A DNA stretch of 64,000 nucleotides from Armatimonadota bacterium (GTDB taxonomy: Bacteria; Armatimonadota; SYMT01), in the NCBI GenBank assembly GCA_046292385.1, contig JBKBRF010000010.1, forward strand, positions 1-64,000, in the 5' to 3' direction. The notes beneath the pieces were generated by a model. It ran no database searches. It had not been told where the DNA came from and saw nothing but the letters and a program-made list of their open reading frames with translations. This document shows positions 41,068 through 51,287 of this stretch, in pieces; the stretch's first letter is position 1; each line of letters opens with the position of its first letter. Position numbers and translations under genes: made by a program.

Positions 41068-43017
41068 ATGCGGATCTGGAGCTGGGTGTTGCTGACCGCG
41101 GCGGTGGGGGTACTTTCTGCCGCGGCGGGCGGGGCGCAGGAATCGCCGGAGCGGAAGGCGGCTCATCCGCTCGACCCGCTCACCGCGGGCGAGATCCGGG
41201 AGGCGTTCCGGGTGCTGAAGGCCGATCCGCGCGTGCCGAAGGGGGCGTTCTTCCCCACGCTGCTGCTGCAGGAGCCTCCGAAGGAGGCGGTCCTCGACTG
41301 GCGCGAAGGGCGGCCCCTGCTGCGCCGGGCCTACGCGGAGATCTTCGACCGCCCAGGCAACCGGGCGTTCGAGGCCGTGGTCGACCTCGGCTCCGGCCGG
41401 CTCGTCTCCTGGACCCCCCGCCCCGGCATCCAGCCCACCACGTTCGCGGACGAGTACGAGGCGATCCCCCCGCTGGTCCGGGCCGATCCCCGCTGGCAGG
41501 CGGCGATGAAGAAGCGGGGCATCGACGACCTGGAAGCGGTGCACCTGGAGCCGTGGGCCGGCGGCGACGAGCCGGTGCCAGGCGTGCCGAAGGAGACGCG
41601 CCTGTTCCGGGTGCTCTCCTTTTACCGGGGCGATCTCCCCAACCCGTATGTCCGCCCGATCGAGGGCGTCGTCGTCGCGGTCGACGCGAACCGTCTCCGC
41701 GTGGTCGAGGTGACCGACACCGACGTCGCCCCGGTCGTGCGGGAGACCGGCAGCGCGGACGCCGACGCGTCCACCCGGCCGCCGCTGAAGCCGCTGCGGG
41801 TCTCCCAGCCGGACGGGCCCGGGTTCACGGTGCGCGGCGGCGAGGTGCGGTGGCAGAACTGGCGCTTCCACTGCTCCCTGCACCCGCGCGACGGCCTGGT
41901 GCTGCACACCGTCGGCTACGAGGACGGCGGGCAGGTCCGGCCGATCCTCTACCGCGCCGCCCTGAGCGAGGTGTCGGTGCCGTACGGACTGCCGAACCGG
42001 AACTGGGCCTGGCGCCGCGCGTTCGACCTGGGCGAGTACGGCTTCGGCCGCTACGCCAGCCGCCTGCAGGCCGGCGTCGATGTGCCGGAGAACGCGGTGC
42101 TGCTCGACAACGTGCTGGCGGACGATACCGGCGACGTGACCGAAGCTCCCGCCACGATCGGCATCTACGAGCGGTACGGCGGCCTGCTCTGGAAGCGGGT
42201 CGATCCCGAAAGCGGCGAGCCGGAGGCGCGGCCCGCCCGCCAGCTCGTGGTGACGAGCAACGCCTGGATCGGCAACTACGTCTACGGCGTGAGCTGGATC
42301 TTCCAGCAGGACGGCTCCATCAACGTGGAGGTGGAACTGACCGGCACGATGCTGCTCCGCGGCGTGGCGAACCCGCGGCAGGGCTCCGAGTACGGAACGC
42401 TGGTGGCGCCCAACCTCTCCGCGCCGTTCCACCAGCACTTCTTTAACTTCCGCCTCGACTTCGACATCGACGGCCGCGCCAACTCCGTGATGGAGATGGA
42501 CGTCACCTCGGATTCGCGCAGTCCGAACGGGATCCGCATGAAGGAGACGATGCTCCGCAGCGAGCGCGGCGCGCGGCGCGACCTGAACCTGAAGCGGGCG
42601 CGGATGTGGAAAGTCGCCAACGCGGAAGGCGGCGGGATGGAAAGCCGGCCGGGCTACTTCCTGATGCCCCACGGCGGCGCCGTGCCGTACGGAGCGCCGC
42701 GCCTGCGGGCCCGCGCCGCCTTCGCGGACCACGCACTCTGGGTGACCGCGTTTGAAGAATCGGAGCGGTACGCGGCCGGCGCCTACCCGTACCAGGGCCG
42801 CAGCGGCGAGGGACTGCCGGCGTGGATCGCCGACAACCAGTCGCTGGAGCACCAGGACGTGGTGCTCTGGTACACCGTCGGCGTTACCCACATTCCCACC
42901 CCGGAGCAGCACCCGGTGATGAGCGTGGACCGGGCCGGCTTCCGCCTGATGCCGGGCGGGTTCTTCACCCGCAACCCGGCGCTCGACGTGCCACCCGCAC
43001 AGGTCGGTGGCGACTGA
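41068..43017 (+). CDS. Exported copper-containing (TPQ) amine oxidase
   Basis: HPLDPL, AFDLGEYG, GNYVY, HQH, THIP...PVM; signal peptide. Confidence 0.92.
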   Translation: MRIWSWVLLTAAVGVLSAAAGGAQESPERKAAHPLDPLTAGEIREAFRVLKADPRVPKGAFFPTLLLQEPPKEAVLDWREGRPLLRRAYAEIFDRPGNRAFEAVVDLGSGRLVSWTPRPGIQPTTFADEYEAIPPLVRADPRWQAAMKKRGIDDLEAVHLEPWAGGDEPVPGVPKETRLFRVLSFYRGDLPNPYVRPIEGVVVAVDANRLRVVEVTDTDVAPVVRETGSADADASTRPPLKPLRVSQPDGPGFTVRGGEVRWQNWRFHCSLHPRDGLVLHTVGYEDGGQVRPILYRAALSEVSVPYGLPNRNWAWRRAFDLGEYGFGRYASRLQAGVDVPENAVLLDNVLADDTGDVTEAPATIGIYERYGGLLWKRVDPESGEPEARPARQLVVTSNAWIGNYVYGVSWIFQQDGSINVEVELTGTMLLRGVANPRQGSEYGTLVAPNLSAPFHQHFFNFRLDFDIDGRANSVMEMDVTSDSRSPNGIRMKETMLRSERGARRDLNLKRARMWKVANAEGGGMESRPGYFLMPHGGAVPYGAPRLRARAAFADHALWVTAFEESERYAAGAYPYQGRSGEGLPAWIADNQSLEHQDVVLWYTVGVTHIPTPEQHPVMSVDRAGFRLMPGGFFTRNPALDVPPAQVGGD

Positions 43018-43109
43018 CCGCCGGCCAACGGCGAGCCGCCGCCGAACCCGCTCGCACCCCCGGCTTCCCGATCGATCTGGAGTTTCCAGTATCATAGGAG
43101 AGAGGTGCG

Positions 43110-43406
43110 GTGCCGATGAGCCTGACGATCGAACTCAGCCCCGAAGAACAAGCTCGGCTGGCGGATGCCGCCAGCCGAGAAGGGCTCGCCCCGGAGGAGC
43201 TCGCACGGAAGCTCCTCTGCGAACACCTGGCCCCGGCAGCGGAAGGATCGCCTCCGGACGATCCGACGCTGGCACTCTTTCGGCAGTGGGAGGCCGAAGG
43301 CGCCGCACGTACCGCGGATGAAGCACGCGGGGAAAACGAGCTCTGGGAGCAATTCCAGACGAACGTCAACGAGACTCGCGCAGCGCTGGGGATGAGGAAG
43401 CTCTAA
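43110..43406 (+). CDS. Putative antitoxin upstream of the PIN gene
   Basis: LTIELSPEEQARL RHH-like start; 3 bp before the PIN ORF. Confidence 0.7.
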   Translation: MPMSLTIELSPEEQARLADAASREGLAPEELARKLLCEHLAPAAEGSPPDDPTLALFRQWEAEGAARTADEARGENELWEQFQTNVNETRAALGMRKL

Positions 43407-43409
43407 CTC

Positions 43410-44279
43410 GTGCAGCGGGTCATCGTTCTCGACACCTTCCCCCTCAGCAGCACCGGCAAGCTCAGCCCACCGGCTTCCGTCGTGCCGACCGCCCTCGACC
43501 TTTGCCATCGTTGGGTCCGGGATTGCGTGGCAGCGGGACATCGGGTCGTAGCTCCGGCCATCTCCTACACTACTCACCGTGAGATTCTTGTCGGGATGCG
43601 CAGATTCTCCCCGGGGTGTGCTCCTAGGGAGCCCGGAAGCGCTGCCGGAGGCAGGGCGGGAGGGCTTCACCTGTGACCACCCCTGCGAGGGGTGGTCGCT
43701 TGAGCCGCCCGGAGCGGCCCGTGAACCGTCACCTCGCCGCGGACGCCCCACTCGGACGCGGAACGTAGGGCGTCGGGGAACTCGCCCGCAGCGCCCGCTA
43801 GCGGAGGCGAAGCCGGAGCGTGAAAGGGCCGCGGAGGGCCACCCACGCGGGAGGGCCGCTCCGGGTGGGGAGGGCGCGGGGTGGAACCCCGGAGCGATGA
43901 CGGTCTCGCCGAGAGAGTTTCTCTCCCGCCGTCTTGAGTTTGGCTGCGGCGTCAGCCGCGCTGTGATGTCGTGCGTGAGCTGGAGCGTCTCAACGCTACC
44001 GCGCAGATTACGCGTCTCCGCGCGTTCTGCCACGCCGATCCGGACCGCTACCTCTCACTCACGGACGCAGACCTCGAACACGCTGCCAAACTCTGGGGAC
44101 AGGCGCGGAATGCCGGCACGCCCACGGCCAGCCTTGAGGCCCTGGACGGCGACGTGATCCTCGCCGCTCAAGCACTGTCGCTCCAGGTACCGGTCGAGCG
44201 CCTGGTGATCGCTACAACCAACGTGGCCCACCTCTCCCGCTTCGCGCCCGCGGACCTCTGGACGAACATCGACCCGTGA
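43410..44279 (+). pseudogene. PIN/VapC-family toxin interrupted by a ~393-bp insertion
   Basis: N-half VIVLDT...PAISY (43410-43568), C-half VVRELERL...LDGDVILAAQA...ATTNVAHL (43962-44279). In-frame stop inside the insert. Confidence 0.85.
43569..43961 (-). mobile_element. Non-coding dispersed repeat (MITE-like), copy 2
   Basis: Inverted homologue of 25160-25516; splits the PIN gene. Confidence 0.8.
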
Positions 44280-44385
44280 ACCTGAGAGTTCCGGGCGGGA
44301 AGTCACGGAGCCCGATACGCCCGCAGCCGCGCCCGGTGATCGGACGCGGCTGCGTGGTGCGGTATGCGGTTGCCGGCAGGGGCGG

Positions 44386-45708
44386 TTAGCCCTTCCGCAT
44401 CTCCAGGCCGCGCATGGTGCCGGTGCTGGTGGCGAAGCGGTCCGCCTCCAGGCCGAAGCGCTGGAGGATGTTCACGAAGAGGTTCGGCAGCGGGTAGTTG
44501 CGCTCCCGGTCGAAGGCGAGGTGCTGGCCGTGCCGGAAGCCGCCGCCCGCGAAGAGGACCGGCAGGTTGGTGGTGACGTGCCTGTTGGCGTCGCCCATGT
44601 TGCTGCCGTAGAGGACCATCGTGCGGTCGAGCAGCGTCTCCCCGCCTTCCGGAGTCGACTTCAGGTCCGCGAAGAGCCCCGCGAGGAGCTTCATGTGCTC
44701 CGTGTCGATCTGCTCCAGCTCCGCCAGCTTCTGCGGGTTGCGGCCGTGGTGGGAGAGGTTGTGGTAGCCGTCCGAGACGGTCTTGCCGTCCACCACGATG
44801 GCGGGCGAGGCGACCCCGTCGAGCATCAGCGTGATATTGCGGGTCGAGTCGGTGGCGAAGGCGAGGTGCGCCAGGTCGTAGATCAGCCGCACCTTCTCCA
44901 TGTACTCGCGGGAGCTCGGCGGGTCGACCGGCGGCGGCACGTTCACCACCGGGCGCGGCTTCTTCTCCCACTCGGCCGACTGCACCAGCCGCTTCTCCAG
45001 CTCGCGCACGCCGGTGAAGTACTGGTCCAGCCGCTCGCGGTCCCGCGCGCCGACGGTGCTCTGCAGCCGCTTCGTCTGGTCCGCCACGCTGTCCATCACG
45101 CTCTTGCCGAGCGCCAGCCGGCGGGACTGCGCCTTGATCTCCTCCGGAGAGCCGCCGAGGAAGAGCTTCTTGAAGACCGCGGTGGCGCTCGTCTCGCACG
45201 GCAGCACCACGCCGCCCGCGGTGCAGGAGAGGCTGTTGCGCGCGCCGCGGGCGTTGACGCCGAGGGTGAGGGAGGGGAAGCGGGTCAGGTGGCCGATCCG
45301 CTCCGCCACGTACTGGTCGAGCGAGATCGTGTTCCGGAAGTTGCTGCTCGCCGGGTGGGGCGCAGCGGTGAGGAAGCAGACGTCCGCCGGGTGGCCGCCG
45401 TCCACGTCCGGGTGCCACACGCCGCTGAAGACGGTGAAGTCGGAGCGGAAGTCGCGCAGGTGCTCCAGGTAGGGAGAGAGCGCGTAGCCCTGCCCGGTCG
45501 AGTCGGCCGCCGGGAAGAACCGGTCCGGCAGCACGCCAAGGTTGTTGCAGATGCCGAAGAACCGGCGCGGCGCCTCCGCGGCGGTCTCCGCGCGGGCAAA
45601 GGCGGGCGACATCGCCTCCAGGAGCGGCAGGCCCAGAAGGACCCCGGCTCCCCGCAGGAAGTGACGCCGGGAGAGTGCGCTCGGCGTGCAGGCGTGTACA
45701 CGTTTCAT
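44386..45708 (-). CDS. DUF1552 (HXXSHH) protein, Tat-type
   Basis: [39 protein letters not shown]. Confidence 0.9.
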   Translation of the reverse strand: MKRVHACTPSALSRRHFLRGAGVLLGLPLLEAMSPAFARAETAAEAPRRFFGICNNLGVLPDRFFPAADSTGQGYALSPYLEHLRDFRSDFTVFSGVWHPDVDGGHPADVCFLTAAPHPASSNFRNTISLDQYVAERIGHLTRFPSLTLGVNARGARNSLSCTAGGVVLPCETSATAVFKKLFLGGSPEEIKAQSRRLALGKSVMDSVADQTKRLQSTVGARDRERLDQYFTGVRELEKRLVQSAEWEKKPRPVVNVPPPVDPPSSREYMEKVRLIYDLAHLAFATDSTRNITLMLDGVASPAIVVDGKTVSDGYHNLSHHGRNPQKLAELEQIDTEHMKLLAGLFADLKSTPEGGETLLDRTMVLYGSNMGDANRHVTTNLPVLFAGGGFRHGQHLAFDRERNYPLPNLFVNILQRFGLEADRFATSTGTMRGLEMRKG

Positions 45709-45712
45709 GCGA

Positions 45713-48370
45713 CTACTTGCTCCTGAATAGCGGGCTGGCGACAACCGCGTGGATAAGGGACCTTACCCCATATCCGCCGGGCTTCGCACGGTCCAGGATG
45801 CGCTCCACTTCCGGCCTGTCGCCAAACCGGACCGGCGCTCCCGTGGAATAAGTCACCAATTGCGACACCAGGTTGCGCGCAATCTGGCGCTCGTCCTGAA
45901 GCAAGAGGCGCTTGAGCTCCCGCACGTCTTGGAACGGCCGTCCGTCCGGAAGCGCGCCGGAAGAGTCGACCGGCAGCTCCGCGCGGAAGACGAACGGCTG
46001 CCCGTTCTTGCCGCGGCCGGGCACCCGCGGGCCGGCCTCGCCCAGGTCCCGGTACTTCTCCCGCCAGCCGCCGAAGATGTCGAAGCTCTCCAGCGCGAAA
46101 CCGGGAGGGTCTATCTTCACGTGGCACGGGCGGCAGGAGGCGTCTGCGCTGTGCTTCGCGAGCTGCTCGCGGATCGTGGTGGCGCCGCGGATGTCCGGCT
46201 CCACCGCCGGGATCGACGGAGGCGGAGGCGGCACCGGCTGGCCCAGGATGCGCTCCGTCACCCAGGCGCCGCGCAGCACGGGGGAGGTGGTGGTGCCGTT
46301 CGCCGTCACCTTCAGCACGCTCGCCTGGGTGAGCAGTCCGCCCCGCACGCTGTCGGGCGGCAGCGCCACGCGCCGGATCGGGGAGCCTTCCACCGCCGGC
46401 AGGTCGTAGTGCTCCGCCAGCTTGGCGTTCAGCATGGCGAAGTCGGAAGCGACGAGATTCCGGGCGGGCAGGTCGCCCCGGATCAGCTCTGTGAAGAAGG
46501 CGCGGGTCTCCGCCACCGCCGACTCGGTGAGGAGGTCGTCCAGGTAGTAGTCCGGATAGAGGATCTCATCCGGCGAGGTGAGGTCGACCTTCCGCAGGTC
46601 GAGCCAGTAGTCAAGGAACCCCTCCACGAACCGCGCCGCGCGCGGATCGGCGAGCATGCGGTCCGCCTGCTCCGCCAGCTGCTTCGGGTCCTTCAGAGCG
46701 CCGCGGTCCGCCAGCGCGCGCAGGGCGGGGTCCGGCTGTGTGTTCCAGAGGAAGTAGGAGAGCCGCGAGGCGAGCGCGTGGGCGTCCAGCGGCCCGGGCC
46801 GCTCCTCCAGCGTCAGGAAGCCGGGAGAGCAGAGCACGCCGGTGCAGGCGGTCAGGAGCGCCTCGGTGAAGTCGGCCCCCTCCTCGCGCGCGGTGTGGAA
46901 GAGCTTCACGAACGGCACCGCGTCGGCTTCCTGCACCGGCCGCCGCAGGGCGCGCTCGAGGAAGCGGCGCACCAGCCGCTCCCCGTCCCGGGCCGGGTCG
47001 TGCGGGACGATCTCCACGTGGCCCCGGTCCGAGTCTTTCAGCGGCAGGTCGCCGGAGAGCAGGCGCTGGGCCGGCGTGGGCCAGCTCTCGTAGAGCGGGC
47101 CTTCCACCTCCAGCCAGTGGTAGGCGACTCCCGGCTGCCCCTCCGGCGTGGCGAGCGGGTTGCGCCAGTTGGGCGGGCGAGAGCGGAAGAGGCGGGCCGG
47201 GTCGGGCTGGATGCTCTCGCCCTCCAGCAGGTGCACCTCCAGCTCGCCGACCGTCGACTCCGGTCCGTAGTCGAGCGTCCCCAGCTTCCGGAGCTGCTGG
47301 GTCACCCCCTGCGGGAGCGCCGCGTAGAGGCTGACCGGCTCCTGCGTCCGGCCCGCGGAGAGGCTCGTCAGGCTCGGCCGCCACCAGCGCTGCTCGCTCT
47401 CCGGGTGCGCCCAGAAGGTGTGCGCCCGCAGCCGCAGCCGGTAGCGGCCGGAGAGCGGAGCGCGGAACCGGTCGAAGCGCGGGTTCAGCGGCTCGTAGGC
47501 GCTGGCGACCACCCCTACCGATTCCAGCTCTCGCTGGACCGGATCGCTCTCCCCCACCGTGACGGGGCCGCGGCCGCGCGGCTCCCGCGCCGCGGGATCC
47601 GCGGCGCTGTTGAGGAGCATGTAGGTGGCCCGCTCCGGCGCCTCGCCGGGCCGTGGGCCGAGCGATCGCTGCTCGCGGGCGTAGTAGCGGTGGGTGGTCG
47701 TCTCCGGACGGGCCGCCGTCTTCACCATCGCCTCCCGCAGCGCGTAGCCGGCGGCGTTCAGGTAGCGGCTCATCTGGACGTGGGAGATGTCGAGCGCCTC
47801 CCCCACCTTGTTGAAGCGGGCCAGGGTGCCGTCTTCGGGCAGCATCTCCCGGAGCTGGAGCCAGGGGGTGTCGAGGAAATCGCGGACCGTGTTCTCGTAC
47901 TCGTAGCGGTTCATCCGCCGCCAGGCGGCGCGCCCCTCGCGCCGCACCCGCTCCGCCTCGACCGCCAGGAGCGGGGCGCTCAGCTCCGAGACGAACTTCC
48001 GGCGCGCGGCCGCGGTCGGCTGCGGCGCTCCTTTCGGCGGCATCTCACCCGCGGTGACGCGGTCGACCACCTTTACCCACTTCTCGAAGCTCCGGGGGTC
48101 GTCCGGCCGGAACGCCGCCGTGAGGTCGAGCCCGCCGCTCGGGTTCGTCTTTCCGTGGCATCCGGCGCAGCTCTGCTTCAGGAAGCTCTGCGCGGAGGCC
48201 GGCAGCGCCCGGGCGGCCGCGGCGTTCGGAACGCTGCTCCAGCCGACGGAGGCGACCAGCGCCAGCAGCGACCCGCCCGCGCCGGCGAGCACGGCGAGCG
48301 GGCGCCGCCACGGCGACGCCGGCCGCTGCCCCGCCCGACAGCGGTATCCCCGATGACTGCGTGGGATCAA
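45713..48370 (-). CDS. PSD/PSCyt (DUF1587/1592/1595/1588/1585) c-type cytochrome domain protein
   Basis: CAGCH and CRPCH heme motifs, [34 protein letters not shown] start with GGAGG RBS inferred. Confidence 0.9.
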   Translation of the reverse strand: MIPRSHRGYRCRAGQRPASPWRRPLAVLAGAGGSLLALVASVGWSSVPNAAAARALPASAQSFLKQSCAGCHGKTNPSGGLDLTAAFRPDDPRSFEKWVKVVDRVTAGEMPPKGAPQPTAAARRKFVSELSAPLLAVEAERVRREGRAAWRRMNRYEYENTVRDFLDTPWLQLREMLPEDGTLARFNKVGEALDISHVQMSRYLNAAGYALREAMVKTAARPETTTHRYYAREQRSLGPRPGEAPERATYMLLNSAADPAAREPRGRGPVTVGESDPVQRELESVGVVASAYEPLNPRFDRFRAPLSGRYRLRLRAHTFWAHPESEQRWWRPSLTSLSAGRTQEPVSLYAALPQGVTQQLRKLGTLDYGPESTVGELEVHLLEGESIQPDPARLFRSRPPNWRNPLATPEGQPGVAYHWLEVEGPLYESWPTPAQRLLSGDLPLKDSDRGHVEIVPHDPARDGERLVRRFLERALRRPVQEADAVPFVKLFHTAREEGADFTEALLTACTGVLCSPGFLTLEERPGPLDAHALASRLSYFLWNTQPDPALRALADRGALKDPKQLAEQADRMLADPRAARFVEGFLDYWLDLRKVDLTSPDEILYPDYYLDDLLTESAVAETRAFFTELIRGDLPARNLVASDFAMLNAKLAEHYDLPAVEGSPIRRVALPPDSVRGGLLTQASVLKVTANGTTTSPVLRGAWVTERILGQPVPPPPPSIPAVEPDIRGATTIREQLAKHSADASCRPCHVKIDPPGFALESFDIFGGWREKYRDLGEAGPRVPGRGKNGQPFVFRAELPVDSSGALPDGRPFQDVRELKRLLLQDERQIARNLVSQLVTYSTGAPVRFGDRPEVERILDRAKPGGYGVRSLIHAVVASPLFRSK

Positions 48371-48781
48371 TTCGGTCCCTCCTGTCCGGCCCGGCGCCCG
48401 GCTGCGGAGCGTTCCTCTTCCGAAAGCACTGAATCCCACTTCGACGAGCCAGAGCAAGTTCCTCTCACCGCCGCCACCGTGCCGAGGAAGCCGGTGGTTA
48501 ACAAACTCGAAACCGGAACTTCCGCCTCCCGATACAGGCGGGTAACAGCGCCGCAATCAACCGCTGCTAACCTTCAGAAAGACGAGCGGCCTCAAGCAGC
48601 GGAGCGGGCGCGCCGGCAGGCGGTGCGCCCGCTCGCTTCCTCTCCAGGTGAGCTGTATTTCCGAGGCGAAGATTATAGATTTTTTTTGTTAGCAGGTAAC
48701 CCCCTCGCAACCCCCGAATGAATAGTCCAACCGTGGGGAGCTAGTAGGCGCTCTCCAACTCGAGCAACAGGAGATCCTGTC

Positions 48782-49537
48782 ATGCAGCTCAGCAAGCGGA
48801 CCGGCTCGCGTACGGGTTTCACCCTGATCGAGCTTCTGGTCGTGATCGCCATCATCGCTATTCTCGCCGCAATCCTCTTCCCCGTCTTCGCGCAGGCCCG
48901 CGAGAAGGCCCGCCAGGCCACCTGCCAGTCCAACCTCAAGCAGATGGGCAACGCCTTCACGATGTATGCCCAGGACTACGATGAGACGCTGCCCTACAAC
49001 TACCACTACAACTCGGCGCGCAACATGCTCTGGTGGTGGGAAGACGACCTGCAGCCGTACGCCAAGAGCTACCAGATCTTCGTCTGCCCCTCCGCGGACC
49101 CGAAGATCGTTTACAACTGGGGCCGGGACCACGCGCTGTTCAACGCCTGGCCGCGGAACCTGGTCACTACCTACGTCGGCAATACCGCCGGGTTCTACGG
49201 GTCGACCTGCAGCGTGCTCAAGGCAAGCGGCAGCTGCACCCCTCCGCTGATGAGCAACTGGGGCGGCGACACGAACACCTCGCCCCTCGCCTCCATCGAT
49301 GACGTCGCCGGCACGCTGCTCGTCACGGAAGGCTGGTCGAAGGAGATCTGGGACGTGGTCCAGACCACCTCGTGGGTCGGCCGCGCGGGCGCCAGCCAGC
49401 CGTGGGATACGAAGAACCCGTCCACGATCGAAGGCCGGCACATGGGCCACAACAACGTTCTGTTCGTCGACGGGCACGTCAAGGCGACCAAGACGATCGG
49501 CCTGAAGCCCTCCGTGTGGACCCGCGAGACCGACTGA
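48782..49537 (+). CDS. DUF1559 prepilin-type N-methylation protein with H-X9-DG motif
   Basis: [49 protein letters not shown]. Confidence 0.93.
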   Translation: MQLSKRTGSRTGFTLIELLVVIAIIAILAAILFPVFAQAREKARQATCQSNLKQMGNAFTMYAQDYDETLPYNYHYNSARNMLWWWEDDLQPYAKSYQIFVCPSADPKIVYNWGRDHALFNAWPRNLVTTYVGNTAGFYGSTCSVLKASGSCTPPLMSNWGGDTNTSPLASIDDVAGTLLVTEGWSKEIWDVVQTTSWVGRAGASQPWDTKNPSTIEGRHMGHNNVLFVDGHVKATKTIGLKPSVWTRETD

Positions 49538-49600
49538 TCCGCCGTCTCCGGCCCGGGCGGCCCACGCGTCTGCCCGGACCGGAGCGCACCGTGCACTACT

Positions 49601-49921
49601 ATGGCAAGACTTCGAACCGCGGCCCTTCTCTGGGCCTTAGCCGCCAGCGCTCCGTTCCTGTCCGGGTGCGCCGATACCACCCCACCGCCGCCATCGAGTC
49701 CGGAGATGGTCCCGCTCTCCGGCTCGCGCCCACCCCAGGGAGAGTACCGCAAGGCAGGCGGACAGCCGGGGTCCATGCCCCCCGGAGGCATGCCTCCCGG
49801 CGGCATGCGTCCCGGGGCGATGCCTCCCGGCGGAATGCCTCCAGGCGGGATGCCCCCAGGTGGGATGCCGCCGGGAGGCATGCCTCCCGGCGGGATGCCT
49901 CCCGGCGGGATGCCCCGTTAG
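49601..49921 (+). CDS. Small lipoprotein with (MPPGG)n tail
   Basis: LSGC lipobox; nine 15-bp units at 49775-49909. Confidence 0.7.
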   Translation: MARLRTAALLWALAASAPFLSGCADTTPPPPSSPEMVPLSGSRPPQGEYRKAGGQPGSMPPGGMPPGGMRPGAMPPGGMPPGGMPPGGMPPGGMPPGGMPPGGMPR

Positions 49922-50081
49922 CGCTCTTCCGGGCGTCACCGTTCCGGCTGGCGCCCGGGAGCCTCCGACAGAATGGAAGGGGAGGAGGAAACATGCCGGC
50001 GGTGCTGCTGGTCTCCCCTCCCCCTCCCTTCCTCCTGGCCGCTTGAGACGTTCGACTCCGTCACTCCGCACCACAGCTCGC

Positions 50082-51287
50082 ATGCTAGCTCGCACCCGCA
50101 GTATCGTGAGAGCGTCCTGGCCGCTCGCCGCGTTTCTCCTCGTCGCCTGCGGGTGCGGGGGGCTTCGCACTGCGGGCAAGGGCTCCGAACTGGCGGCGGT
50201 CCCTACCCCGGAGTTGGAGCGGCGAGCGTCGACGGCGCCGCAGGCCGCCGTCTTCCGAGAGCTGGCGCACCGCATGCTTCAGGAAGAGCGGCTGCGCGAG
50301 TGCGAGAGCTACCTGCAGCGGGCGCTGGAGCTGGAGCCGCGCAGCTCGGATGCCTATAACCTGCGCGGGATGCTCCGGGCCACCGAGGGCGCGGCGGAGG
50401 CCGCCGCGGACGACTTTCGGCGCGCCGCCGAGCTCGCTCCGGACAAGATCGGCCCGCACCTCAACCTGGGCCGGCTGCTGATCTCCCAGCGCCACTACCA
50501 GTCCGCCGCCGCGGAGTTCGAGAAGGCGCTCGCCCTCCATCCCGCCAGCGCGGAAGCAGCCCGGTTAGCGGGAGACGCCCGCCGCGAAGGCGGCCCTTCA
50601 CTGCTTGCCAAGCGCCACTATCGCCGGGCGCTGGAGCTCCGGCCGGACGATACGGCCGCCCACGCGGGACTCGGGGAGGTGCTCACCAACACCGGCCGCT
50701 TCGCGGAAGGACGCGAGCACCTGCGCCAGGCGCGTGCGCTGGGGGACGCCAGCGCGCGCACCCAGGGCTATCTCGGCCTCGCCTGCGCTCTCGGGATCGA
50801 GAGCCCGGCGGACGCCGGCGAGGCGCTGCAGCACCTCGAAGCGGCGCGCGCCGGGGGTGACACCGGCTCCCACGTCGTCTACGGGCTCGGTCTCGCCTAC
50901 CTGGCTGCGGGAAAGCACGGGGAGGCGGAGCGGGTGCTGAGAGAGGGAATCCGCCGGTTCCCGGACGTTTCGGGCCTCCACTACACGCTGGCCGATCTCT
51001 ACGCCGCCACGGGCCGCGCCCGGGAAAGCCGGAGTGCTCGCAGCCGCTCCGCCGCTCTGACCGCGGTGCGGCAGGAGGAGGAACGCCTCCTCGGGGAGAT
51101 CGCCGGCCGGCCCCAGGACGTGGAGCCGTACCGGCGCTACGGCGCCTGGCTGCTGCGGCGCGGGGAGCGGGCGCGGGCGAAACCGGTGCTCGCCCAGGCA
51201 CTCCGGCTGGCGCCGGACGATCCCGCCCTCCAGCGCGATCTGCGCCTCGCCTCCGGAGAACCGGACCCTTCCGCTAACCCTCGATGA
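50082..51287 (+). CDS. TPR-repeat (lipo)protein
   Basis: Multiple TPRs (YLQRALELEP, FEKALALHP, YRRALELRP); LVAC lipobox-like sequence. Confidence 0.85.
   Translation: MLARTRSIVRASWPLAAFLLVACGCGGLRTAGKGSELAAVPTPELERRASTAPQAAVFRELAHRMLQEERLRECESYLQRALELEPRSSDAYNLRGMLRATEGAAEAAADDFRRAAELAPDKIGPHLNLGRLLISQRHYQSAAAEFEKALALHPASAEAARLAGDARREGGPSLLAKRHYRRALELRPDDTAAHAGLGEVLTNTGRFAEGREHLRQARALGDASARTQGYLGLACALGIESPADAGEALQHLEAARAGGDTGSHVVYGLGLAYLAAGKHGEAERVLREGIRRFPDVSGLHYTLADLYAATGRARESRSARSRSAALTAVRQEEERLLGEIAGRPQDVEPYRRYGAWLLRRGERARAKPVLAQALRLAPDDPALQRDLRLASGEPDPSANPR

Noticed and set aside
40873..43095. 1217-aa UxaC fusion ORF
   Set aside because: The extension is the stop-free antisense frame of the amine oxidase gene; UxaC starts at 40872.
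49775..49918. CRISPR or non-coding VNTR
   Set aside because: The 15-bp units have no spacers and vary mostly at third codon positions, so this is a coding repeat.
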